A DNA stretch of 64,000 nt from an uncultured Solirubrobacterales bacterium (GTDB lineage Bacteria; Actinomycetota; Thermoleophilia; Solirubrobacterales; Solirubrobacteraceae), in the NCBI GenBank assembly GCA_963715765.1, contig OY970270.1, positions 1,361,412 to 1,425,411 of the forward strand, given 5' to 3'. Made by a program: the position numbers and the translations under genes. Below are positions 53,233-63,568 of this stretch, piece by piece; positions within the stretch are counted from its first letter, which is position 1, and each line of letters begins with the position of its first letter. The notes beneath the pieces were generated by a model. That model saw nothing but the letters and a program-made list of their open reading frames with translations, was not told the DNA's origin and searched no databases.

Positions 53233-53895
53233 GTGCGGCTGGCTATCCGCCCGCCCGGTCGTTACTATCGCTACATGGCTCAAGCCGCGGTCTCGCTACC
53301 GGCAGTTCACGTCGATAGTCCAGCTCCCGGCGCGATGGAGCGGCCGGACTTTCAGATTGTCCCGCGTGTGGGCCTCGGCATCGTCGCAGTCGTCCTCGCC
53401 CTGCTGATCGCAGCGATCGCAGTCAACGAACTGTGGCCGCTTGCGTTCCTACACTTTGTCGGGGGCGCAGCATGGACGATCATCGATCTGTTCCTCGGCT
53501 TCGTGCTTGGACCGATCCTCGGGCGCCTATCGATCCCCGCGCGCGTCGAGCTCACCACGCGGCTGATGCCGAAGATGCTGCTGATCATGCCGACCGTAGT
53601 CACCGTCACCCTCGCGGCGGGCTGGCAGCTTGGCAATCACCTCGGAACGGTCCAGAGCAGCTACTACCTGCACGGCTGGCTCGTGGCCAGCTACATCGTG
53701 GTCGGCATCATGGCGGTGATCGCGCTCGGCCTGCTCGAGCCGGCCAACATCGCCGTGCTCGTGGAGCTGAAGAAGCCCCGTCCCAACCCACAGGTGATCG
53801 AGCGGCTGATGAAGCGCTTCATCTACACCGCCGGCGCCACCGGTGCGATGCAGATCGCCACCCTGGTGATCATGGCCAAGCTGACGGTCGGATGA
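53233..53895 (+). CDS. Hypothetical membrane protein (4-5 TM)
   Basis: Hydrophobic segments GLGIVAVVLALLIAAIAV, GGAAWTIIDLFLGFVLGPILG and others. The start is uncertain (53275 and 53335 are also possible). Confidence 0.55.
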   Translation: MRLAIRPPGRYYRYMAQAAVSLPAVHVDSPAPGAMERPDFQIVPRVGLGIVAVVLALLIAAIAVNELWPLAFLHFVGGAAWTIIDLFLGFVLGPILGRLSIPARVELTTRLMPKMLLIMPTVVTVTLAAGWQLGNHLGTVQSSYYLHGWLVASYIVVGIMAVIALGLLEPANIAVLVELKKPRPNPQVIERLMKRFIYTAGATGAMQIATLVIMAKLTVG

Positions 53896-53929
53896 GTAAC
53901 GCGAACAGCCGACAGTCAGGCAGGATCGA

Positions 53930-54349
53930 ATGAGCGAACGTCGCCTTCCCCCAGTCACTCAAATGGGGATGCTCTCACTCGCCTTGATCGTGGCCGCCGG
54001 CATATATCTGGCGGCGCACCTACCCCACCAGGTTCCCCTCACTCCCGCGATCGCCCTACTGGCCGCCTCGGCGCTGCTGCTCGTAGGCAACCTCCTGGCG
54101 CTGTCTCGCGTGCAGGGCTTCGCCTGGGGTCGCTTCTTTGAAGTCGCCCGTTGGGCGCTGCTCGCCTACATCGTGGTCGCTGGGATGATCGAGTACGCGT
54201 TCCTGCGCGATCAGGTGAGCGGCGGCGCGCTCGTGGTGCTCACACTCTCGCTGGTCGTGTTCGCCATACACGTGCCAGTCCTGATCGGCTTTACGGTCGC
54301 GCGCTACGACACCTCAGAAGAGTCGTCTGCCGGCGGCGCGCCGGCCTAG
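53930..54349 (+). CDS. Hypothetical membrane protein (4 TM)
   Basis: 139 aa with four hydrophobic helices. No family recognised. Confidence 0.55.
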   Translation: MSERRLPPVTQMGMLSLALIVAAGIYLAAHLPHQVPLTPAIALLAASALLLVGNLLALSRVQGFAWGRFFEVARWALLAYIVVAGMIEYAFLRDQVSGGALVVLTLSLVVFAIHVPVLIGFTVARYDTSEESSAGGAPA

Positions 54350-54460
54350 GCTCGGCCTGCCTCGTTCACGGTACCGGCCCGGCGCGCTGCTTCATGAGGA
54401 GGGTTACCATTCCGCGCGCACCGGCCGACTGAACCGAACAGGATCGACAAGGAGACGGCG

Positions 54461-55354
54461 ATGGAGCTTGCGAGCGAGTGGATCGACTACGACGGCCCCG
54501 CTGGAGCCGTCTCCGCATACCTCACCCGACCCAAGGCAGCAGATGGGCCACTGCCGGGCGTGGTCGTGATCCAGGAGATATGGGGAGTTGACCGCCACAT
54601 CTCAGACGTTGCCGATCGCATCGCCTCAGCAGGGTATGTCGCGGTGGCGCCCGACCTCTACTCAGCCGGGGGCGGGCGACCACCCGCGCTGGCGGTCGAG
54701 CGCGTGGACGCCGCCAAAGCGTTTCTCAACACGCTCCCACCGGGACAGTGGATGTCGGTGCTCGGCGATGACGCCAGGCGCGCCGAAGCGCTCTCCAAGC
54801 TCGGCCCCGAGCAGGCCAAGGAGGTCGGTGAGACCCTGGGCGCGCTGTTCGGCGGCGTCGGGCGCGATTCCGCTCCCCATGTGGCCTCGCTGCGCGGCGC
54901 CGTCGCGCTGCTTCGCTCACACCCAGCCTCCGCGGGACGCGCGGTCGGCTCGATCGGCTTCTGCATGGGCGGCAACCTCTCGGCGCTCCTGGCCAGTGAG
55001 GAGCCCGAGCTCAGTGCGGCGGCGATCTTCTACGGCAGCTCGCCCAGCGCCGAGCAGGTCGGCTCGATCCGCTGCCCAGTGCGCGGCTTCTATGGGCAGG
55101 ACGATCCCCGCATCATCGCCGGCCTCCCCGCATTCGAGGAGGCGCTCAGCGCTGCCGGAGTGGACCACGAGCTGCGCATCTACTCTGACACCGGGCACGC
55201 GTTCTTTAACGACACCCGCCCGAGCTACCGTCCCGAGGCCGCTCGCGACGCGTGGGGCCGTGTGCTCGCGTTCTTCGCCAACACGCTCGCGCCGGCGCCG
55301 ACAGTGGGGATCACAGACGCGGCAGCGGAGCTCGAGGACTCAGGCAGCGCCTGA
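54461..55354 (+). CDS. Dienelactone hydrolase family protein
   Basis: GPLPGVVVIQEIWGVDRHISDVADRIASAGYVAVAPDLYS...GSIGFCMGG...HAFFND. Confidence 0.8.
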   Translation: MELASEWIDYDGPAGAVSAYLTRPKAADGPLPGVVVIQEIWGVDRHISDVADRIASAGYVAVAPDLYSAGGGRPPALAVERVDAAKAFLNTLPPGQWMSVLGDDARRAEALSKLGPEQAKEVGETLGALFGGVGRDSAPHVASLRGAVALLRSHPASAGRAVGSIGFCMGGNLSALLASEEPELSAAAIFYGSSPSAEQVGSIRCPVRGFYGQDDPRIIAGLPAFEEALSAAGVDHELRIYSDTGHAFFNDTRPSYRPEAARDAWGRVLAFFANTLAPAPTVGITDAAAELEDSGSA

Positions 55355-55485
55355 TCGACAGTCACCGCATTCTGTGTCTGGCAGTATCCGATCGACAGGC
55401 CCCGCGGCCTGAGTTCGGGCGGCGTTTGACCCGGTGACACGCGCACATACGAGGGTGCCCGCCATGGCGGTTGACGCTGCGTGCG

Positions 55486-57201
55486 TCACACGACCGCGTC
55501 CCCACCGGAGGGGACCCCCGCGGGCACGACCCGCTCCTCCCCCTCATCCTTGGCGAGCGCCTCACCGGGGAGATCCCGTGCGAACCACAACCCCACGAGC
55601 ACAAACCCGCACGCAAGCAGGAGCGCACGCTTGAGCGCCTCGATCTGGGATTCGTTGTAGTAGGCGCTCAGCGCCTCGGCCTGCGCTCCGCTCACACCGG
55701 CCTGCTCGACAGCTGCCTTGAACTGAGCCTGGGAGACCATCGGCACGCCCTCCTCGCTTGCGCTCACGATCTGCTGCTGTGCCGCCGCCGGGATCGAGGG
55801 ATCGGCCAGCACGCGCTCGTGAAAGCCAACCGTCAGCCCCGTCAGCAGCACCGCGCCGATCAGCGCGGTGCCGAGCGACTGGCCGAGGTTCTGCGCCGCG
55901 CCCTGCACGCCGCCCGCCTCGCTTGAGCGGGACTCCGCCACCGATGACATAACGACGTTGCCGAGCTGTGAGATCGACAGACCGATACCCACACCGAAGC
56001 CCGCCAGCGACAGCGCAAACGGCAACGAGGACAGCGAGGGGGAGATCGTCGCCATCAGCGCGGCGATCGACACCAACAGGAACCCCAGCCCGATCTGCAC
56101 CACCCGCCGCGGCGAGGTACGCGTCGCAAGGCGCGGACCGAGCACGGCCGCGAGCATCATCGTGATCGAGATCGGCAATATCTTCACGCCTGTTTGCAGG
56201 GCGTCCTTGCCGAGCACCAGCTGCAGGTACAGCGGCAGCACGAAGAACGTGCCCGCGAGGATCAGGTATTGGGAGACGAGCGTGGACAGCCCGGCGCGCA
56301 GCTGGGCGATCTTCAGCAGGTCGGTGCGCAACAGCGGCGTGCGCCCAGCGCGCTCCACACGCTCCTCCCAACGAAAGAAACATCCGAGCACAATCAGCCC
56401 GGCGAAAATCAAAAACGGCACGGCCGACAATCCAAACGGCGTGATCCTGGTGCCGGCGATCGTGAGCGCCCCCGTTGGCACAAACAGTCCCCACGTGCTG
56501 ATCTTCAAGATCGCGAACACCGTCAGCCCCAGGCCGAGCGCCGACAGCACCACACCGACGCGGTCGAGCCTCGGACGGTCCTCCTGGACCTGCTCGCCGA
56601 TGCGATGCACCAGCGTCAGCAGCACCAGCACGATCGCCGTCTCGCCGCCAAACACCACGCGCCAGCTGAGAACCGTCGTCACGAACCCGCCGATCAAGGG
56701 CCCCGCCGCCGCGCCCGCGCCCGCGATCCCGCCCAGCAGACCATACGCCAGAGCCCGTTCACGACCGCTGTAGTTGACCGCCGTCAGCGCGAAGATCGCC
56801 GGGATCACAAGCACCGCGCCAAGCCCCTCGATACCTGACCAGCCGATCAAGAGCACCGTTACGTTGGGACTCAGTGCGGTAATAAGCGAGCCGGTTCCGT
56901 AAATCGCCAGCCCGATCGAGAACGCACGGCGCCGTCCCCAAATGTCACCGAGCTTTGCGCCCGTGAGCATAAACGCCGCCATCACGAGCGTATAGGCGGT
57001 GATCGCCAGCTGAACCTCCGAGACGCTCGTTTTCAGGTCCGCCACGACCTGAGAGATCGATACGTTCATCACAGTGCTGTCAAGCACCATCACGAACTGC
57101 GCGGCGCCGAGCACCAGGATTGTTGTGCGGTTGCGAATTTTCGAAGTTCCTCGTAGGCTGTTTACCCGTAGGCCACGGTCAACAATGCGAACAGTTCCCA
57201 A
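55486..57201 (-). CDS. MFS transporter, DHA2 (EmrB/QacA) type
   Basis: ILVLGAAQFVMVLDSTVMNVSISQVVADL...LTGAKLGDIWGRRRAFSIG. About 14 TM. The 5' end of the track ORF overlaps the divergent gene. The TTG at 57201 is my best guess for the start. Confidence 0.8.
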   Translation of the reverse strand: MGTVRIVDRGLRVNSLRGTSKIRNRTTILVLGAAQFVMVLDSTVMNVSISQVVADLKTSVSEVQLAITAYTLVMAAFMLTGAKLGDIWGRRRAFSIGLAIYGTGSLITALSPNVTVLLIGWSGIEGLGAVLVIPAIFALTAVNYSGRERALAYGLLGGIAGAGAAAGPLIGGFVTTVLSWRVVFGGETAIVLVLLTLVHRIGEQVQEDRPRLDRVGVVLSALGLGLTVFAILKISTWGLFVPTGALTIAGTRITPFGLSAVPFLIFAGLIVLGCFFRWEERVERAGRTPLLRTDLLKIAQLRAGLSTLVSQYLILAGTFFVLPLYLQLVLGKDALQTGVKILPISITMMLAAVLGPRLATRTSPRRVVQIGLGFLLVSIAALMATISPSLSSLPFALSLAGFGVGIGLSISQLGNVVMSSVAESRSSEAGGVQGAAQNLGQSLGTALIGAVLLTGLTVGFHERVLADPSIPAAAQQQIVSASEEGVPMVSQAQFKAAVEQAGVSGAQAEALSAYYNESQIEALKRALLLACGFVLVGLWFARDLPGEALAKDEGEERVVPAGVPSGGDAVV

Positions 57202-57241
57202 CTCCCTCGTGAACTTCACGGGTAGCCGATACCCGAAGGTT

Positions 57242-58936
57242 ATGTCCGCGCTCTCGGCGGCGGACGATCGCGACGAAATCTGGGGCGGATCGCTCCTCGG
57301 CGCGAGCTTCCAGGCAAGCCTTGTCGCGAAGGTCCTCGCCGTGCTGTTCGCCGCCGGCGCGAGCCTCGCGGCGCTCACCGTGGCGCTTCCCCACGCCGCC
57401 CACATGAACGACCTGGGGATGCTGTTGATCGTCGCCGACGCCTACCTGGTCGCCGCGGTGCTCCACACGCAGGCCGCCAGGCTCCCCGCATGGACGATGC
57501 AAGCCACGCTCGCGTGGGGCAGCACGCTGATCACGGGAGTGGCCTACTTCTCGGGCGAATCGCCCAGCCCGCTCGTGTTCTTCTACCTGTGGGTGTTCCT
57601 CTACGCCTCCTATTTCTTCACCGTCAGACAGGCCGCGGCGCAGATCGTCTATGTGGGCTTGGTCTACGGCGCACTGCTGGTCGCGCGGGCGTCGCTCAGC
57701 GCGGGCGCCGCCTGGTGGCTGGTCGGCATGGGCACGCTGCTTGTGGGCGCGATCGTGATCATGGCGATGCGCGCTCGCGTGGAGCTGCTGATCGCGCGCC
57801 TCTACAACGCCGCCCGCACCGATCCGTTGACAAAGCTCTCAAACCGGCGTGGGTTTCGCGAGCTGCTGGACCTCGAGCTCGAACGGGCGCGCCGCGGCGG
57901 CACCTCAATGGCGGTGCTCGTGGGCGACCTCGACAACTTCAAGGACATAAACGATTGCTCCGGTCACAAGGTCGGCGACACAGCGCTGCAGCGAGTGGCA
58001 TGCCTGCTGTGCGAAGGCAAGCGCCAGATCGACACCGTCGCGCGCGTCGGGGGCGAGGAGTTCTCGCTGATCCTGCCCGACACGGGACGCAACGGCGCCC
58101 TTGCCTTAGCCGAGCGCCTGCGCCGCGCATTGCATGACGAGTTCGCCGACAACTCCACCCCGCTTACGATCAGCTTCGGATTGTCGGTGTACCCCGAGCA
58201 CGGAGAGACCGCCGCCGCGCTGCTGCACGCCGCAGACCAAGCGCTGTACGGCGCCAAGCAGCATGGGCGCAACCGCACGGTGGCGCACAACCCCGCACTG
58301 CGACTGGAGCTGCGCATGCCAAACGACGCGCACGACATCGGGGGCGAGCGCTTTATCATGGCCGTGCTCAACTTTGCCGAGGCCGTCGACCTACGCTTCA
58401 GCGGCAGCGCCCGCCACTCCGAGACGGTGGGACGCTATGCCGAGATGATGGCCCGCGAGCTGGGACTGCCCGAGCGGCGCATCAGCCGCATCCGCCTCGC
58501 CGGAATCCTGCACGACATCGGCAAGGCCGGGGTCCCCAACAGCATCCTGCACAAGCCCGAACCGCTCACCGAGGAAGAGTACGCAATCATCAAGCGCCAC
58601 CCCGAGCTCGGCGCGCAGATGATCGAGCACGTCGGCCTCTCCGATGTGCGCGAATGGATCGCAACCCACCACGAGCGCCCCGACGGCCTCGGCTATCCGC
58701 ATGGGCTCTCGGGCAGCGCAATCGCGTTGGAGGCACGCATCGTGGCGGTCGCCGACGCCTATGAGGCGATGACCAGCGACCGGCCCTACCGAGACTCGAT
58801 CGGCTACGAGGGCGCGCTGGCCGAGCTACGGCGCTGTGCCGGCACCCAGTTCGACCCGGTGGTCGTCAATGCTTTGATCGACGCACTCATGCGCGAGGCG
58901 ATGCAAGCCGGGGACGGTTTCGCCGCGAGCGCCTGA
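57242..58936 (+). CDS. Membrane-associated diguanylate cyclase (GGDEF) fused to an HD-GYP phosphodiesterase domain
   Basis: About 5 N-terminal TM helices. GGDEF part: DPLTKLSNRRGFRELLDLEL...VLVGDLDNFKDINDCSGHKVGD...ARVGGEEFSLIL. HD-GYP part: LAGILHDIGKAGV...HHERPDGLGYPHGL...AVADAYEAMTSDRPYR. Confidence 0.88.
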   Translation: MSALSAADDRDEIWGGSLLGASFQASLVAKVLAVLFAAGASLAALTVALPHAAHMNDLGMLLIVADAYLVAAVLHTQAARLPAWTMQATLAWGSTLITGVAYFSGESPSPLVFFYLWVFLYASYFFTVRQAAAQIVYVGLVYGALLVARASLSAGAAWWLVGMGTLLVGAIVIMAMRARVELLIARLYNAARTDPLTKLSNRRGFRELLDLELERARRGGTSMAVLVGDLDNFKDINDCSGHKVGDTALQRVACLLCEGKRQIDTVARVGGEEFSLILPDTGRNGALALAERLRRALHDEFADNSTPLTISFGLSVYPEHGETAAALLHAADQALYGAKQHGRNRTVAHNPALRLELRMPNDAHDIGGERFIMAVLNFAEAVDLRFSGSARHSETVGRYAEMMARELGLPERRISRIRLAGILHDIGKAGVPNSILHKPEPLTEEEYAIIKRHPELGAQMIEHVGLSDVREWIATHHERPDGLGYPHGLSGSAIALEARIVAVADAYEAMTSDRPYRDSIGYEGALAELRRCAGTQFDPVVVNALIDALMREAMQAGDGFAASA

Positions 58937-58944
58937 CGCTAGCC

Positions 58945-60105
58945 CTACGCGCCTGCGTGCGAGGATTCCGCTACCGCGAGCCATGCAAACAGCTCGAGCG
59001 TGGCAGCGTCGGTCTGCAGCATATTGGGCACCGCCTGGTGCTCGGTGATCGGCGTGCCGTCCCACGCGCGCAGATACAGGCCCTGCGCACCCAACGCGTG
59101 CTCCTGCGCGTCTGTCGCCATCTCCTCGGCCAGTTCGCGCCAACGCTCTTCGCCCGACTGCACGCCATAGGAGAGCATCCAGTGCAGATAGATCGTGTCG
59201 AACTGCGGGCCCATGGTGAGGCGGTCGGAGAAGCGTTCGGCGGAAGCGTTGGCAAGCTGGGCGGCGCGTTCGCACGCTTGCGAGTCACCCGTTTCGCACA
59301 GCACCTGGTGGGCCTCCACGAGCGTGCCCTCGATATAGGGCGTGGGCGTCGAATCGGATTCCGTGCGCTTATACAGGCGCAGTTCGGTCAGGAAATCCGA
59401 TTCAGCCCAGTCGAGGAACTTCAGCACCTGCCGGCGGAAGAACTGCTTGCCGGTGAGCTTGAACAGCTGCGCGCCCAGCAGCGAGCCGGCCGCCAGTGGC
59501 TCGCCCGCGATATAGGGGTGGGCGGTGTTCCACCACAACCCACCGCCCGCGTTGTTCCAGCCCGCGTCGGCGATGAACGCAAACGCGCGTTCAGCCTCGC
59601 GAACGTAGCTTGCTATGTGCGTCGCGCGGTAGGCATCCAGGAACGCGAGCCCCCACCAGCCGTTGTCGTCAAACCACGTCACCACCTGGCCGCGATCGCC
59701 GGGGTAGGGCGCAAAGCCCCCGACGGGTTTCAGCGTCGCATCCCAATAGCGCTCGGCACCACGCGCAAACGCCACCACCGCCGCGCGGTGCGCCGGCGTC
59801 GGCGCTGCGATATCGATCGCGTCGAGCGCCTCAAACAGCGGAGTCGCATCCCAGATCGTCGCCAGCGGATAGCGTTCTTTGTCGTCCAACACGCTGTCAT
59901 ACCAGCCGAGGTGCGCGTTGCGCCACAGCCGCTGGGCGCGCGCGATGCCCTCCTCAGCTATCTGCAGATCGCTCTGAGATTCCGCGGCCGACGCGCGAGC
60001 GGTCGGTCCCGCGATCGCCGCCGACCTCCAGGCCAGCGACACCGCGCACACGCATAGCAGCACCGCTGCTATGCGGCGAGCAACGAAGATCAGTGCGCTA
60101 CGCAC
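58945..60105 (-). CDS. Secreted glycoside hydrolase family 76 (alpha-1,6-mannanase-like)
   Basis: Signal peptide MRSALIFVARRIAAVLLCVCAVSLAW. WFDDNGWWGLAFLDAYRAT carries the DD catalytic pair context. GGGLWWNT is also present. Confidence 0.78.
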   Translation of the reverse strand: MRSALIFVARRIAAVLLCVCAVSLAWRSAAIAGPTARASAAESQSDLQIAEEGIARAQRLWRNAHLGWYDSVLDDKERYPLATIWDATPLFEALDAIDIAAPTPAHRAAVVAFARGAERYWDATLKPVGGFAPYPGDRGQVVTWFDDNGWWGLAFLDAYRATHIASYVREAERAFAFIADAGWNNAGGGLWWNTAHPYIAGEPLAAGSLLGAQLFKLTGKQFFRRQVLKFLDWAESDFLTELRLYKRTESDSTPTPYIEGTLVEAHQVLCETGDSQACERAAQLANASAERFSDRLTMGPQFDTIYLHWMLSYGVQSGEERWRELAEEMATDAQEHALGAQGLYLRAWDGTPITEHQAVPNMLQTDAATLELFAWLAVAESSHAGA

Positions 60106-61128
60106 CTACTCGCCGTCGCCGACGGCCTTCTCGTCCTCGCCGTCGCGCGTGCGGCGCAGCCAGTCGCTGAGCTGCTGGGCCACGTCGCCCAGCTGCTCGC
60201 CCACCTCGCCGACCGACTCGCCCGCGTCGCGGAACATCTTGCGGAAGCGCTCGGAGTAATGGGCGACCGCGTCGCTGGCCTCGGCACGCGGGTCGGGCGG
60301 CACGTCGCGCGTTACGTACTCGCCGCCGACGATGCGGTCGTAGTCGCCGGAGCGGACCCACTCCATCAGCTCATGCACGCGACGCACGGGCATCGGGTGG
60401 GTAATACCCAGGTCGAGCAGCAGGCGCGACAGACGCTCCAGCCCCGAGCCCTTCTCGCGGTAGTCGCTGCCCTGGCGCATGAACACATCGAGGTCGAGTC
60501 GCTCGGCCTCGGCGCCCGCGGCGATCACCATCAGCGTGCGACACACCGTCAGCGGGTCGCGAGTGACCAGCGCCGCCGCCCGGTCGCAACTCAGCTCGGA
60601 GGCGCGAAACCACTCCATCAGGGCCGCGCGTATCGGCAGCAACGGCAGCGGGATTCCGGGAATCGAGCTGAGACGCATCAGGATCACAAGCGCGGTCCTG
60701 TAGAGCACGTGATCGGAGAGCACGTGGCCGGCCTCGTGCGCGAACACCGCTCGCAGCTGCTCGACGTCCAGCAGCTGCACAAGCCCGGACTGCACCACCA
60801 CGATCGGGCGTCCAGCCCCGATCGTGAGCGCGTTGGCGATCGGGAACTGGGTCAGGTAAAGGTCCGGCACAGGCTCCAGGTCGAGCGTGGCATAGGCCCG
60901 CACGTGCGCCATCCACACGTCCGCGAGCTGATCGTCGCCGAGCCGCACCGAGGAGCCGAGATACGCCTGGCGCAGCGCGCGCTCATAGCCGAGCTCGATC
61001 AGCTTGCGCACCACCGTGTTCAGGTACGGGATCGAGCGCAGCGCGGCAGTTGCCGCACGGTCGGCCGGATGTTCGTAGGCCTTGGGGGAAATTCCCTTCA
61101 GCCGATAGCCCTCGACCGGAAGCGACAT
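60106..61128 (-). CDS. M48 family zinc metallopeptidase
   Basis: LRAVFAHEAGHVLSDHVLY contains HExxH. The start was taken at ATG 61128. The stop abuts the GH76 start codon. Confidence 0.8.
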   Translation of the reverse strand: MSLPVEGYRLKGISPKAYEHPADRAATAALRSIPYLNTVVRKLIELGYERALRQAYLGSSVRLGDDQLADVWMAHVRAYATLDLEPVPDLYLTQFPIANALTIGAGRPIVVVQSGLVQLLDVEQLRAVFAHEAGHVLSDHVLYRTALVILMRLSSIPGIPLPLLPIRAALMEWFRASELSCDRAAALVTRDPLTVCRTLMVIAAGAEAERLDLDVFMRQGSDYREKGSGLERLSRLLLDLGITHPMPVRRVHELMEWVRSGDYDRIVGGEYVTRDVPPDPRAEASDAVAHYSERFRKMFRDAGESVGEVGEQLGDVAQQLSDWLRRTRDGEDEKAVGDGE

Positions 61129-61265
61129 CAGAGGTTGCTCGCCATCTGCCCTGCCTCCTGCTCTTGATGGGATCCAGCGACGGGAACGATCGACCAACGA
61201 TAGCCCACGCTGGGGAGGGGGGTCGCACCGCAGCAGAGCGCGTCATCGTGAAAGATGGCGGGCAG

Positions 61266-61994
61266 ATGGAGCGGGAGTACGAGCTGCAAACCCACCGCGC
61301 CGAGGACCGCCACTGGTGGTACCAGGGGCGCCGCCGAGTGTTGGAGCGCGCGATTGAGCGCCTGGGCCTGCCCGTGGGCGCATCGATCCTCGACGCCGGC
61401 TGCGGCAGCGGGCGCAACATGGTCGACCTCGCCCACCACGGCGCGGTCACCGGCATCGAGCTGTCGCCCACGAGCGTCGAGCTGGCGCGCGAACGGGGCG
61501 CGGGCGAGGTGGTCGAAGGCTCGATCCTCGATACGCCGTTCGAGGACGCGTCGTTCGATCTGACCGTCAGCCTGGATGTGATCGAGCACCTGGAAGACGA
61601 CGTCGGCACGCTGCGTGAGCTGCGGCGGGTGACCAAGCCTGGTGGCGCACTGCTCGTGACCGTGCCCGCCTACCAGTGGCTGTGGAGCGGCCACGACGAG
61701 ATCAACCACCATCACCGCCGCTATAACCGTCGTACGCTGCTCGCCGCCGCCGAGCAGGCCGGCTGGCACGAGCAGAGCTCGGCGCACTTCAACTCGCTGC
61801 TGCTGCCCGTCGCCATCATGCTGCGCGTGCTGGAGCGCTTCAAGCCCTCCACCACCAAGTCGAGCCTCGACCTGTGGGTGCCACCGGCGCCGCTCAACTG
61901 GGCGCTGCGCCAGCCGCTCGACCTCGAGGCCACCGTCATTGGGCGTGGAGGCTCGATCCCAGCCGGGCTGTCGTTGCTCGCTGTATTCCGTTAG
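61266..61994 (+). CDS. Class I SAM-dependent methyltransferase
   Basis: HWWYQGRRRVLERAIERLGLPVGASILDAGCGSGRNMVDLAHHGAVTGIELSP...FDLTVSLDVIEHLEDD...KPGGALLVTVPA. Confidence 0.85.
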   Translation: MEREYELQTHRAEDRHWWYQGRRRVLERAIERLGLPVGASILDAGCGSGRNMVDLAHHGAVTGIELSPTSVELARERGAGEVVEGSILDTPFEDASFDLTVSLDVIEHLEDDVGTLRELRRVTKPGGALLVTVPAYQWLWSGHDEINHHHRRYNRRTLLAAAEQAGWHEQSSAHFNSLLLPVAIMLRVLERFKPSTTKSSLDLWVPPAPLNWALRQPLDLEATVIGRGGSIPAGLSLLAVFR

Positions 61995-62452
61995 GAATCG
62001 GCGGTCGCCTCCGCGACCGCCGTCGCGGCGTGCCCTCTGAACGTCCACGCGCGGTTCACGAAGAAGGTGATGACGGTCACCACCACGGTTGTCACTGCCT
62101 GACCCAGGAGCTTGTCCATGCCGGCGCCGTCCACGAGCGCATACACCAGTCCAAGGTCAAGCAGCAAGCCGCAGCCCTGCACCACGAACCAGCGCACCGG
62201 TGTGAGCGCGTCGCCAACATGACCCTTGAAGGTCCACGCGCGGTTCCACAAAAAGCCATTGACCGCGCCGATCGCAAAGCCGATGCCCGACGCCGCCACA
62301 TACCACACCCCGAACACCTTCAACAGCACCGTGTACACAGCAAACGCGATCAGCGTGTTCGACACGCCGACGATCCCGAACTTCACGAACTGCAAAACCA
62401 AGGGCATTCTCAGGATTCGCGTGGCCCCGTCCCCTACTCTTCTCATGGTCAC
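61991..62452 (-). CDS. GtrA family membrane protein
   Basis: LQFVKFGIVGVSNTLIAFAVYTVLL...AIGAVNGFLWNRAWTFKGH...FFVNRAWTFRGH. The start may be 62407. Confidence 0.85.
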   Translation of the reverse strand: MTMRRVGDGATRILRMPLVLQFVKFGIVGVSNTLIAFAVYTVLLKVFGVWYVAASGIGFAIGAVNGFLWNRAWTFKGHVGDALTPVRWFVVQGCGLLLDLGLVYALVDGAGMDKLLGQAVTTVVVTVITFFVNRAWTFRGHAATAVAEATADS

Positions 62453-62487
62453 TACTTAACCAGCTTCGCCGTTTTCTGAAAGGAACC

Positions 62488-63501
62488 ATGCCGGACACCA
62501 TCGTGCGCGCCCCCACACTGCTCAGCGTCGTCGCGCCCGTTTACAACGAGGAGGAGTTGGTCGAGGCGTTCGTTGCGCGCGCCTGTGCCGCCGTCGCCGA
62601 CTACGCGTTTGAGCTGGTGCTCGTCAACGACGGCTCGTCCGACTCGACCCCGGCCTTACTGGACCGCCTGGCCGCCGCCGACCCGCGTGTGCGCGTGATC
62701 CATCTCTCGCGCAACTTCGGCCACCAGGCAGCACTCACCGCCGGGCTTGAGCACGCCGCCGGCGACGTCGTGGCGATGATCGACGCCGACCTACAGGATC
62801 CACCCGAGCTGATCCCGCGCATGGTCGAGCAGTGGGGAGGAGGCTCGGATGTCGTCTACGCGGTACGCAAGCAGCGCGACGGCGAGACCGCCTTCAAGCT
62901 CGCCACCGCCTCCTGGTTCTACAAGCTGTTCGACAAGCTCGCCCAGGTCGACCTGGAGCCCAACTCGGGAGACTTCCGCCTGCTCGATCGCCGCGCCCTG
63001 GATGCCCTGCTGTCGATGACAGAGCGCTCGCGCTTCTTGCGCGGCATGACCGTATGGGTCGGCTTCACCCAAACGGCGGTGCCCTACGAGCGCGACGCGC
63101 GCGCCGCCGGGGAGACCAAGTACACGCTGCGCAAGATGCTGCGCTTCTCCCTTGACGCGATCGCGTCCTTCTCGCACCTGCCGCTGCAGCTTGCCACCTA
63201 CGCCGGGCTGCTGTCGGCGAGCGTCGCGTTCGTCGCGATCCCGATCGTGATCGCACTGCACTTCACCGGCTCCTACCTGCCCGGCTTCTCGACGCTCACG
63301 ATCGCGATCCTCTTGCTCGGCGGCATCCAGCTGATCGCGCTCGGTGTCATCGGCGAGTACGTCGGACGCATCTACGACGAGGTCAAGCACCGCCCGCTGT
63401 ACATCGTGCGCGAGGAGCGCAACCGCCCCAACGGGCACAGCGGACCGGTCGCCTCCGCGCGTGCCGGGCTATCCGCGCGGGTGCCCGAGCGCGTGGGCTG
63501 A
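62488..63501 (+). CDS. GT2 polyprenyl-phosphate glycosyltransferase (GtrB/ArnC/DPM1-like) with 2 C-terminal TM helices
   Basis: [21 protein letters not shown]...[68 protein letters not shown]. Confidence 0.9.
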   Translation: MPDTIVRAPTLLSVVAPVYNEEELVEAFVARACAAVADYAFELVLVNDGSSDSTPALLDRLAAADPRVRVIHLSRNFGHQAALTAGLEHAAGDVVAMIDADLQDPPELIPRMVEQWGGGSDVVYAVRKQRDGETAFKLATASWFYKLFDKLAQVDLEPNSGDFRLLDRRALDALLSMTERSRFLRGMTVWVGFTQTAVPYERDARAAGETKYTLRKMLRFSLDAIASFSHLPLQLATYAGLLSASVAFVAIPIVIALHFTGSYLPGFSTLTIAILLLGGIQLIALGVIGEYVGRIYDEVKHRPLYIVREERNRPNGHSGPVASARAGLSARVPERVG

Positions 63502-63568
63502 CACCGCTCCTTCGGGGCGTTCCGGTGGTTATGGTCAACACGGCCTTACAACCACAGGAGGCACACCC

